From Candidatus Saccharimonadota bacterium (lineage in GTDB: Archaea; Micrarchaeota; Micrarchaeia; Micrarchaeales; Micrarchaeaceae): a stretch of 32,000 nucleotides of DNA. The stretch lies in contig OY970071.1 of assembly GCA_963705375.1 (NCBI GenBank), forward strand, positions 30,001 to 62,000, given 5' to 3'. Made by a program: the position numbers and the translations under genes. Each line of letters opens with the position of its first letter. The stretch's first letter is position 1. This document shows positions 8,888 to 16,354 of this stretch, in pieces. Below the pieces are notes generated by a model. The model had not been told where the DNA came from, made no database searches, and saw only the letters and a program-made list of their open reading frames with translations.

Positions 8888-9202
8888 ATGTCAGAACCAA
8901 CGTTGACAAAACAAAAAGAGATCAGTGAAAATCTCAAGATGGTTATAGCGGCGGCAAAGCAAGGAAACGTCGAAGAGGCGCGTAAATATATAACTGCAGA
9001 ATTTGATGAACACGATGGCTCGATCTCGTGCATTATTGCAGTATCCACTTTCGTTGGCAGGAATCTCGTCGATGCAAATATGCGTGATGCTGATGCGGCT
9101 GAAGTGGATGTGTGGTCTGAACTGCGAACGGACATGGTGCTTAAGCTTCAGGAAGTGCAAAATAAACCTCTGAAACCTTCGGTCAAGCCTAGAGTTGATT
9201 GA
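8888..9202 (+). CDS. Orphan small protein C (104 aa)
   Basis: ATG 8888 lies 4 nt after B's stop (MSEPTLTKQKE...). Helical, acidic, no known motif. Confidence 0.5.
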   Translation: MSEPTLTKQKEISENLKMVIAAAKQGNVEEARKYITAEFDEHDGSISCIIAVSTFVGRNLVDANMRDADAAEVDVWSELRTDMVLKLQEVQNKPLKPSVKPRVD

Positions 9203-9215
9203 ATTTGGTGACAAC

Positions 9216-9605
9216 ATGTCCGAATCTGTAAACAAGCAAAAAAGTTTTTGCGATAATGTGGACACTGTACTCGAATTAGTGAACAAAATAGCGACGGAAA
9301 AGAATATTGATCTTGATGGGCAGATCGACGGTGCAGACATAAACAGAGTATTGCTGTGCAGCTCCCGTGAGAAGGCAAACGCCCTGGCCGAGTCGGCAAA
9401 CGCCATAAAAGACGATGAGTTACTGCCTCTTTATGCTAATTTGAACATGTTGGTGCTTTTCGTTCTCGAGACGTGTGGAAACATGGGTGCGATTGAAGAG
9501 GCGTCAAACCTGTCCACAAAGATGATCGAAGTGTTTGAATCCGTCGAAATGCCCGAAGAAGCTGCAGGAATAAAAGCAGAACAGGCGAAACTGCTCAGAA
9601 AATGA
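9216..9605 (+). CDS. Orphan small protein D (129 aa)
   Basis: ATG 9216 lies 13 nt after C's stop (MSESVNKQKS...). Followed by a T6 run (gggctttttt) at about 9645. Confidence 0.5.
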   Translation: MSESVNKQKSFCDNVDTVLELVNKIATEKNIDLDGQIDGADINRVLLCSSREKANALAESANAIKDDELLPLYANLNMLVLFVLETCGNMGAIEEASNLSTKMIEVFESVEMPEEAAGIKAEQAKLLRK

Positions 9606-9679
9606 CAGGAACTATCTGCCACGATGCAACAGACTCCGAATGGGCTTTTTTAATCTTAAAACGTTTTCCTCGTGCAACT

Positions 9680-9703
9680 TTGCAAAATCACAAACTTTTG
9701 CAA
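9680..9703. terminator. Perfect 8-bp inverted repeat ttgcaaaa-N8-ttttgcaa
   Basis: Read directly from the sequence. It lies after the operon's T-run and before a tatatatat box (9727-9736). The loop and 3' arm share gcaaaatc(t)cacaaac with 8226-8241. Confidence 0.3.
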
Positions 9704-10082
9704 ATAAAATTCAACAAATAGGATAGTATATATATCTGGACGCATTCAGTAATTTTGTAGGATACAGACGGAAATTTTGCATTGTGATAAACTTGCCTGC
9801 CGATAATGCTGATAATAATAAGGGGTTCTGGCACACGCTCACCCATATCGGGGTATTCAAGTCCAGCCAAACCGCTTCTGTTGACACTGAGGCGCTCGCC
9901 AATGTGGGTCCGCTATTAAGGAAATAGTAAGTCCGTAGGCTGCGCATTCAACTCTTGTCCTTTTTCACCTATATTGCATCAAATCTTTTCTTTCATTTAC
10001 ATAGCAATTCGGCTTTCAGTCAGTACTTTGTGGTTGTTGTATTAGAGGTTTCTTCTTCTTCAAGAAAGGATAAAAGCGTAAG

Positions 10083-11357
10083 TTGCCAATCCTTAATGTG
10101 GACCGGTTTGCGATACTCAATGAGCTTGGAAACGGCGACACGACGCGTCATGTGAAACGCTCGGACATCGTTTACAGGCACATGCGCGACCCTGCACTTC
10201 TCAGGTACTATTACAAGCTGAAGCTGCAGCCGTTCACTAACAAGCTGGAGCTTGCCGGGAGCTCGCCAACCGATCTGTTCATAGGACGATTCGGTTATCC
10301 CAAAGTGTTCATCGGTCCTCTGGTACCTCCGGAGTTTGGGGACACCTCCGTACTAGGTACGCCTGAACGCTGGCGCAGCATGAGCATAGAGCAGGTCGTG
10401 GAGATGAGGTCGAAGCTTGTGCGAGGAGTCCACCTAACCAGCGTGAAGAATGTAGAGGCTGGCAAGATAGAGGAGTTTGTCAGGGACCTTGCGCTCGCAG
10501 AGCGTCCGGCAGAAGCCGAGGTATCATTTGCCAGGAAGCCGGTGGCAAAGATCGCGATGCAGGACGAGGTCCAGCCGTTCGGCCCAAGTGCCGAGATGAA
10601 GACATTCGAGCTGTACAATGTCAAGACTGACAAGAAGGTCGAAAGCAGGTACAGCGACATAGATGCGAAGGCCAACACATCCATGGTCGAGCTCTACAAC
10701 AAGGGTGTGCCAGTGTCTAAGATACAGCGCGGGCTTTCTGCTGGTCTGTTCGGCATGAAGAACGATCGGAAGTTCGTGCCGACAAGATGGAGCATCACTG
10801 CCGTTGACGACACGCTATCGAAGTCAAACCTTGAGACCGTGAAGAGCTTTGACCCAATAGACTCGATATACGCGTACGCCAGCACCGCGCTGGACAACAG
10901 GTGGCTCATATTCTTCATACCTGGCAACTGGCAGTATGAGTCTATAGAGGCATGGTATCCGAACACCGTGTGGAACGAGAACGGCAAGGATGTGAGCATC
11001 TTCGGCTCTTATGAGAACTACAACGGCCGGAAGCACTATGCAGAAATAGGTGGCTGTTATTATTCAGGAAGGCTGGCAGTGACAGAGGCAATGATGTCCT
11101 TGCAGAAGCAGGCGATGGCCCTCATACTGCGAGAAGTGCACGATGGCTACCTCATGCCTGTTGGCGTATGGAACGTGCGCGAGCACGTAAGGGAGACCCT
11201 GGAAACCCAACCTATGATAATGCACAGCATGAAGGACATGTTCGAGTGCATCCAGCGTGTCTTCGAGATAGGCACAAAGGACTGGATCAAGAACAGCGTG
11301 ATGCTCACAGAGCTCATAAGGCAGAAGCGGCTTGCCGAGTACATGGGCGCAAGATAG
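10083..11357 (+). CDS. Nre-family (DUF650/DUF651, NreA-like) archaeal DNA-repair-associated protein
   Basis: Family-typical SPTDLFIGRFGYPKVFIGPLVPPE block and overall length. The extreme C-terminus QKRLAEYM fits the PIP-box pattern Qxx[ILM]xx[FY][FYLM]. TTG start; an in-frame stop at 10071 leaves no room for a longer N-terminus. Confidence 0.65.
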   Translation: MPILNVDRFAILNELGNGDTTRHVKRSDIVYRHMRDPALLRYYYKLKLQPFTNKLELAGSSPTDLFIGRFGYPKVFIGPLVPPEFGDTSVLGTPERWRSMSIEQVVEMRSKLVRGVHLTSVKNVEAGKIEEFVRDLALAERPAEAEVSFARKPVAKIAMQDEVQPFGPSAEMKTFELYNVKTDKKVESRYSDIDAKANTSMVELYNKGVPVSKIQRGLSAGLFGMKNDRKFVPTRWSITAVDDTLSKSNLETVKSFDPIDSIYAYASTALDNRWLIFFIPGNWQYESIEAWYPNTVWNENGKDVSIFGSYENYNGRKHYAEIGGCYYSGRLAVTEAMMSLQKQAMALILREVHDGYLMPVGVWNVREHVRETLETQPMIMHSMKDMFECIQRVFEIGTKDWIKNSVMLTELIRQKRLAEYMGAR

Positions 11358-11396
11358 CTGGACACGAAATCCGCGTGCGTATCGTGCACCATCTTC

Positions 11397-12770
11397 CTAT
11401 GGTTGCTGATTGATCGCATACCAGCCTGGTTTCGGCTGTTCTATGGCATGTCCTTTTCTGAGCAGGTTCAGATGCCGATTTACAGCACTTGAAGTAAGTG
11501 GAGAGAGTCCCGCGTCTGCTCTTATCTCGTTTAATCTTTCTGTTAGTTCGCTATTTTTGATCGGGTTGCCGTTTTCAGAACGCAATATTGCCAATAAAGC
11601 GCTTCTCACTTTAGGACCGGATGCAGGTCCCACATTGTTCCTTTCAGCGCCATATATTTCAAAGACATTTCCGATGTGCTCTACCAGCAACTGCGGGTCT
11701 GATGTGTACATCGACAGCTTATCTCTGAACCCTTCTGTTCTAGGGTTCATCGTCTCTGCGGCTCTGCCTATCGGCTCAAGCAGGTCATTCCACAATAAGA
11801 AGGTTAGTTCATTTGCTTTTGCTATGGATCTCTTACAGCCTTCAAACTGCGAGTTCAAGTGGCCCGTATTTCTGAGATAAGACAATATGCCGCTTGCGTG
11901 TTCCTTACGTATGCCTATTTTGTCTACGAGCTCATTATGATCAAGCGCTTTCTTCGGATTCTCGTTGAAGCAATCAACGACTGCCCTCAACCCGCCAGGC
12001 CGATTGAATTTAGGATAACGCATTTTTATGTCCTTCAAGCATGTTTCATAGTCCAGCGTAGACTCGGCCTTATATATTGCCCAACCACGTGCGCGCTTGC
12101 CGCCATATTCCTTATAGGGAGACATATAGGCAATCATTCCAGATGCACCTAGCGAACTCAATGCGAAGGAGACTGCATCACGGGTCAACCCTAACTTTTC
12201 TAACTTTTTTACGATGGCACCATTGTCAAATTCAGTGTCAGGGCTATTTGCAAGAAGCCTGGTTATCATGTACACTGAAAAGCCCCTCCTCGCGGATGCG
12301 TCCTCAGTCTTGTTAGAACTACTGAAAATCCTCAGAAGAGACAGCGGTGTGGGTTTTCCGTGCTCTAGTAGTTCATTAACAAATGCAATTCCTAGCGCAG
12401 CCGCAGGATCTCCAAAGGCACTTCCGGCACCAGTCTTCTCGTACGCATACGCCGCTTTTGGTCCAGTTGCAGTCATTACAGTCGTTACTTCCACTTTTAC
12501 TGTAGCACCTATTGAACTTAGGCTCCCCTCCCAATTGCCGGCACCATTGCAGTATCCCCACGTTGCGGTACTTGTTAACGGCAATTCGTCCAGGTCTGCA
12601 AAGCGCATCACTTGTTTATATAGCTCGGCTTTGGTATAGCGCACATCGGACTGCATCGACCACAAAGTGATGGCTTTCGGATCAGGACTCAGAACGCCGC
12701 TCGTCAGCGCCTCTACCCTTAACTGAAAGCCTCCTGAGCCTCTCTGATTCCAGACCGCTGTGCTTGACAT
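11397..12770 (-). CDS. Orphan 457-aa protein with three winged-helix-like segments
   Basis: ATG at 12770 (MSSTAVWNQ...) is preceded by tatttatat about 27 nt upstream; the longer ORF-track N-terminus looks non-coding. wHTH-like stretches: ITRLLANSP..GAIVKKLEKLGLTRDAVSFALSSLGASGMI; ALDHNELVDKIGIRKEHASGILSYLRNTGHL; ILRSENGNPIKNSELTERL...TSSAVNRHLNLLRKGHAIE. Confidence 0.6.
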   Translation of the reverse strand: MSSTAVWNQRGSGGFQLRVEALTSGVLSPDPKAITLWSMQSDVRYTKAELYKQVMRFADLDELPLTSTATWGYCNGAGNWEGSLSSIGATVKVEVTTVMTATGPKAAYAYEKTGAGSAFGDPAAALGIAFVNELLEHGKPTPLSLLRIFSSSNKTEDASARRGFSVYMITRLLANSPDTEFDNGAIVKKLEKLGLTRDAVSFALSSLGASGMIAYMSPYKEYGGKRARGWAIYKAESTLDYETCLKDIKMRYPKFNRPGGLRAVVDCFNENPKKALDHNELVDKIGIRKEHASGILSYLRNTGHLNSQFEGCKRSIAKANELTFLLWNDLLEPIGRAAETMNPRTEGFRDKLSMYTSDPQLLVEHIGNVFEIYGAERNNVGPASGPKVRSALLAILRSENGNPIKNSELTERLNEIRADAGLSPLTSSAVNRHLNLLRKGHAIEQPKPGWYAINQQP

Positions 12771-12950
12771 GTTCTGCCATCTGTTCGGCGCGATATAAAT
12801 ACTTGTTGTTTTGCAGAAGGTACTGTTTCGGATTTGATGAAATGCGAATAGTTCCTCTTGTCTTGTCTGTAATTGCCTGTGGCTTGTGTCATTTGCGCAA
12901 AAGCCACCCAATATAAAAGCATTAAATAGTTATCATTTTATAGGATATGC

Positions 12951-13277
12951 ATGATTGGCAGTGAAAGTAAGCAAACGGGGCTTGCCAGCATATATGACGT
13001 CGCAAGCATACTCGAGGAGCGCAAGAAGGCAAGCGCACTGACCTACGAGCAGCAGCTCGCGTTGGAGCACGCAACGAAGCTGGTCAAGGGCAACGAACAG
13101 TCTAAGAAGACGAAGAACGAACTTGGAAAGCTCGGCACTCTTAGCGAGAGATCAATTGTGAAGCTTCTTGAAATAATGCCAAAGAACACAACTCTGCTTA
13201 AGCAGGTTATCGCACAGGAAGGCAAAGTATTCAGCGAGGAGGAACTCTCAAAGATACTCTTGATAACCAAGAGTTAA
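12951..13277 (+). CDS. rpoF: DNA-directed RNA polymerase subunit F (Rpo4/RpoF)
   Basis: 108 aa. The pattern ...YEQQLALEHATKL...SERSIVKLLEIMPKN...SEEELSKIL matches archaeal RpoF. It is immediately followed by a DUF655 gene, the conserved archaeal pairing. Confidence 0.7.
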   Translation: MIGSESKQTGLASIYDVASILEERKKASALTYEQQLALEHATKLVKGNEQSKKTKNELGKLGTLSERSIVKLLEIMPKNTTLLKQVIAQEGKVFSEEELSKILLITKS

Positions 13278-13303
13278 GGGTGGAACTGACCTAGGTGGGA
13301 CGT

Positions 13304-13864
13304 ATGGAGGAGCGAAGAGAAGATTATGCGTATGTACTGGACTTTCTGCAGAGCGGAAAGTCTTTCACCCACAGGGCTGAGCCCGTGGTGCAGCTTCTTG
13401 GCGAGTCCATGTTCACTATGCTTGAAGCGACGCCAAAGCCAGAAGCCACTATGGTGTTCGGCGAGCGCGTCTACATAGGCAAGAACGAGCGCGACAAGAT
13501 AATGCTCATAAAGTCAAGGATAGACTATGGGGAGCTCACCCAGACCGCAAAGAACGAGCTGCCCAATCTTGTCATGAAGATCGTGAAGAACGACGAGAAG
13601 CACTTCGTTGATATTTTCAACAACGCAGGGGCGCTTAACATGCGTCAGCATGCGCTGGAGCTGCTCCCCGGCATAGGTAAGAAGCATCTTGAGGCCATTC
13701 TAAAAGCAAGAGAGGAAAAGCCATTCGAGGGCTTCGAGGACATAAGCAAAAGAGTTGCGCTGCTCCAGGATCCTGCAAAGCTCATAACTGAAAGGATACT
13801 CTCAGAGCTGCGCGGCGACGAGCGCTTCTACATGTTCACGAAACCGTATAGGCCGAAGTTCTGA
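13304..13864 (+). CDS. DUF655-family protein (predicted nucleic-acid-binding, HhH-containing)
   Basis: EDYAYVLDFLQSG...FTMLEATPK...ERVYIGKNERDKI...LELLPGIGKKHLEAILKAREEKPFEGFEDISKRV is the DUF655 pattern. GGTG lies 6 nt upstream of ATG 13304; the ORF-track start is GTG 13295. Confidence 0.75.
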   Translation: MEERREDYAYVLDFLQSGKSFTHRAEPVVQLLGESMFTMLEATPKPEATMVFGERVYIGKNERDKIMLIKSRIDYGELTQTAKNELPNLVMKIVKNDEKHFVDIFNNAGALNMRQHALELLPGIGKKHLEAILKAREEKPFEGFEDISKRVALLQDPAKLITERILSELRGDERFYMFTKPYRPKF

Positions 13865-13884
13865 GAGTGTGCGCTAGAGCTGCT

Positions 13885-14616
13885 TCATTCGTCTGCAGAC
13901 GAATCCTTCTTTTCAGATTCATCCAACTTCTGAGATTCCAGCCTTATCAGCGTTTTTAGGTTCTCCATCCTTGCTGTGTTGCCATACGTTTCGAGATTCG
14001 TGATCTCGAGCTCTGCCTTCCTGATAAGCTCTCTTGTGATCTCTTGCATTTCGCTATTTTCTTCGGCTGCATCTCTTATCCATACTGCGCCAGCGTATTT
14101 GGCAACTTCGTCTCTGCCTGTGGCGTCAATGTGCAAGAGGTCTTTCGAATAGTTGCCGAATCCTATTACTATGTCTCCCTTTCCAGGAGTAACCCAAGCA
14201 ATCAATTTGCTATCTATCAATTCAAGTCTTTCAAGAATATCCTTCCTGTCTGCCTCGGAGATGTTGATCCAACCGGTCTTGTATTTTGCTTTTATCAGAG
14301 GAAGAGGGACGAGCTCTCCGCTTCGGGGGATTATTGCGCATGGCCCTCCAAAAGCCTCGGATATTCCCCTTTCGCCTGTAGCTATGCGCTGCTCTGAGTC
14401 CAACGCCATAGTCGCTACTTTAGTATCTTGCCCAATAAGTTTCACAACCTCTTCATACCCTGCCAGGTGCCATTCATCTCCAAGCATTTCTGTGATTGCT
14501 TTCCTCTGCTCCTCAGTCAGTTTTTCTCTTGACAGACAGAGATTGCCGTCTAATTCGACCAAACCCAATAATTTGCCCAGAGCGGTGTTTTTTTGTTCCT
14601 TTGTAATGCTGCTCAT
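13885..14616 (-). CDS. Orphan 243-aa protein whose C-terminus carries one copy of a 40-aa helical module
   Basis: ATG 14616 (MSSITKEQKN...) with tatatatat about 35 nt upstream. The C-terminal MQEITRELIRKAELEITNLETYGNTARMENLKTLIRLESQ is homologous to the repeats of the upstream gene. Confidence 0.6.
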   Translation of the reverse strand: MSSITKEQKNTALGKLLGLVELDGNLCLSREKLTEEQRKAITEMLGDEWHLAGYEEVVKLIGQDTKVATMALDSEQRIATGERGISEAFGGPCAIIPRSGELVPLPLIKAKYKTGWINISEADRKDILERLELIDSKLIAWVTPGKGDIVIGFGNYSKDLLHIDATGRDEVAKYAGAVWIRDAAEENSEMQEITRELIRKAELEITNLETYGNTARMENLKTLIRLESQKLDESEKKDSSADE

Positions 14617-14701
14617 TTTAACACAGTAATGCTGGATAAATCCAGATATATATACTTGCGCCTGTACGCCGTCACGATGGCGCAGCACCTCGTTTTAGGC
14701 G

Positions 14702-15031
14702 CTATTTGCCAAGATATATCCGTCTTTCTTCCGGAATCAGATGAGTCAGCGTACGCAGGCATTCTAGTCCGCGCAGCAACTCCAGGCTCTTCGTCCTTAT
14801 CGGGTCAACGAACGTCTTGAGGTTTTTGAGCTCGTTGCCTGTATCCCAGAGAAGCTCCTGTGTGATTTCCTGTGGTGCACTTTCCAGTCTGAGTAGCCGT
14901 TCCAGGTTCTCCACCCTTGCCTGATCAACGAACGTCCTGAGATTCTTTAGTTCGTTTCCTGCATTCTTGAGAAGTTCTGGCGTGATTTCTTGTGGCACCT
15001 CCTGTGCCTTGGCACTTCCGGTCTTATCCAT
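14702..15031 (-). CDS. Orphan 109-aa protein built from two tandem 40-aa helical repeats
   Basis: PQEITPELLKNAGNELKNLRTFVDQARVENLERLLRLESA / PQEITQELLWDTGNELKNLKTFVDPIRTKSLELLRGLECL. The 120-nt tandem duplication is visible at DNA level. The TATA-like ggataaatatcagg lies about 34 nt upstream of the ATG. Confidence 0.6.
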   Translation of the reverse strand: MDKTGSAKAQEVPQEITPELLKNAGNELKNLRTFVDQARVENLERLLRLESAPQEITQELLWDTGNELKNLKTFVDPIRTKSLELLRGLECLRTLTHLIPEERRIYLGK

Positions 15032-15074
15032 ACAATCACAATATGCGCTTCTTCGCCCTGATATTTATCCTTAT

Positions 15075-15085
15075 CTGCCTGGCGG
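15075..15085. repeat. Target-site duplication, left copy (ctgcctggcgg)
   Basis: Identical 11-mer directly abuts both IS termini. It is extendable to the 13-mer atctgcctggcgg if the IRs are taken as 15 bp. Confidence 0.75.
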
Positions 15086-15104
15086 ACTCTGGGACAAAAG
15101 TCGA

Positions 15105-15266
15105 TTACTTTGATTTCCGCACCATGACGTAAACCATCTTGCCAATGTACTCTTTAGGACAATCGATTTTTGCTCCTGTTCCGAACCGAGTTACAGGTTT
15201 CTCAAAAACAACTACAACATCGTCTCCGATTTTAAGTTTGTTCTTTATTACTTCAATTTTCCTCAT
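15105..15266 (-). CDS. 53-aa DUF2080-like 'transposon-encoded' small protein
   Basis: Hand-translated: MRKIEVIKNKLKIGDDVVVVFEKPVTRFGTGAKIDCPKEYIGKMVYVMVRKSK. The ...V..FG.gAkI..PKEYIGK.VYV pattern matches archaeal DUF2080 (SpoVT/AbrB-like) proteins found inside IS elements. Absent from the ORF track (under 60 aa). Confidence 0.6.
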   Translation of the reverse strand: MRKIEVIKNKLKIGDDVVVVFEKPVTRFGTGAKIDCPKEYIGKMVYVMVRKSK

Positions 15267-15329
15267 TTACCACACCGTATAATATATATTAATATATATT
15301 TAAATACTTTTCCTTTCAATAATAATATC

Positions 15330-16325
15330 ATGGCAAAAACCAAAAGGTTAACGAATAGACAGTTCCGAAGATTTTTCAAGGAGTTCAAGAAACTGATTGA
15401 GATTTACGGCGAAAAAACGGCAGAAAAACACACTGACTGGAAAACATATGAAGAAGAATATGCAAATAGGATAAGATATGTCGCGAAAGAGTTGAACATT
15501 CTTACAAAATCAGCAATAGACTCTATTGAGATGAAGGTATCCAAATTCGGAAGACCTGCAAAATTGTCTCTCCAACAGAAGGTGGTTGCGCTTATCCTAA
15601 AATCGATTTTCTGCAAAAACAACAGACCAATGGCCGGACTGATGTCCCTTTTTGGCGCATTTTGTGGCATTGACATTAGTTACAAAACTGTCGAAAGGAT
15701 GTATTCTGATGAACTGGTGCGAATTGTTTTGCACAACATGTTTATTCTGACGATAAAACGAAAATGTGATAAGAAAATAGATGTGAGCGGAGACGGAACG
15801 GGTTACACACTAACAGTAACGAAACATTACCGTACACAAGTCGATAAAGAAGGGTACAGGAAATTCGTGTATTCGTTCAATCTCATCGACATAAAGAATG
15901 GGTTGTACATATGTTATGGCTCGGGTATACGATCTGAAAAGGAAGCATTCGAAAATGCAATGAAGCTGCTCAGAAATGTAGAGGTGGCCACAGGGATAAC
16001 AGTCAATAGTGCAAGGTTAGACAGGTACTATAGTTACCAATCAACTTTGAAGTATTTTGACGACAAAACTGTTTTGTACATAATCCCAAAGAGCAACACA
16101 ACAATAAATGGCCCGTCTAGATGGAGGAAGATATTCAGACGGATGATGAAGGATCCTCTGTCCTACTTGATAGAGTACTACAAAAGGGAGAAGTCTGAGA
16201 ATGGTTGGTCTGTAGATAAACGGATGGTTGGGTGGAAAATATGGCAGAAAAGAAATGACAGAATCGATACAGCAATAAGTTGTACTGCAACACTTCACAA
16301 CTTATTCAGAATCGGTTATGGATGA
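15330..16325 (+). CDS. DDE transposase, IS4/IS5 superfamily
   Basis: 331 aa. N-terminal GRPAKLSLQQKVVALILKSIF DNA-binding segment. Candidate DDE residues in VSGDGTGY, ARLDRYYS and the exact Y-x2-R-x3-E-x6-K signature YYKREKSENGWSVDK. The stop overlaps IRR. Confidence 0.85.
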   Translation: MAKTKRLTNRQFRRFFKEFKKLIEIYGEKTAEKHTDWKTYEEEYANRIRYVAKELNILTKSAIDSIEMKVSKFGRPAKLSLQQKVVALILKSIFCKNNRPMAGLMSLFGAFCGIDISYKTVERMYSDELVRIVLHNMFILTIKRKCDKKIDVSGDGTGYTLTVTKHYRTQVDKEGYRKFVYSFNLIDIKNGLYICYGSGIRSEKEAFENAMKLLRNVEVATGITVNSARLDRYYSYQSTLKYFDDKTVLYIIPKSNTTINGPSRWRKIFRRMMKDPLSYLIEYYKREKSENGWSVDKRMVGWKIWQKRNDRIDTAISCTATLHNLFRIGYG

Positions 16326-16340
16326 CTTTTGTCCCAGAAT

Positions 16341-16351
16341 CTGCCTGGCGG
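16341..16351. repeat. Target-site duplication, right copy (ctgcctggcgg)
   Basis: See the left copy. It lies 3 nt from the GNAT stop codon. Confidence 0.75.
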
Positions 16352-16354
16352 GTG

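Larger units (their letters stand above)
15086..16340 (+). mobile_element. Apparently intact IS4/IS5-type insertion sequence (about 1255 bp) with 17-bp terminal inverted repeats
   Basis: IRL actctgggacaaaagtc (15086-15102) against the reverse complement of IRR gacttttgtcccagaat (16324-16340) gives 16/17 matches. Flanked by direct repeats. Carries a transposase plus a divergent small gene, separated by an A/T-rich 63-nt promoter region. Confidence 0.85.

Noticed and set aside
9711-9947. 78-aa and 60-aa minus-strand ORFs in the 9.6-10.1 kb spacer.
   Set aside because: Non-protein-like sequence with no promoter on that side. The only strong TATA-like box points the other way.
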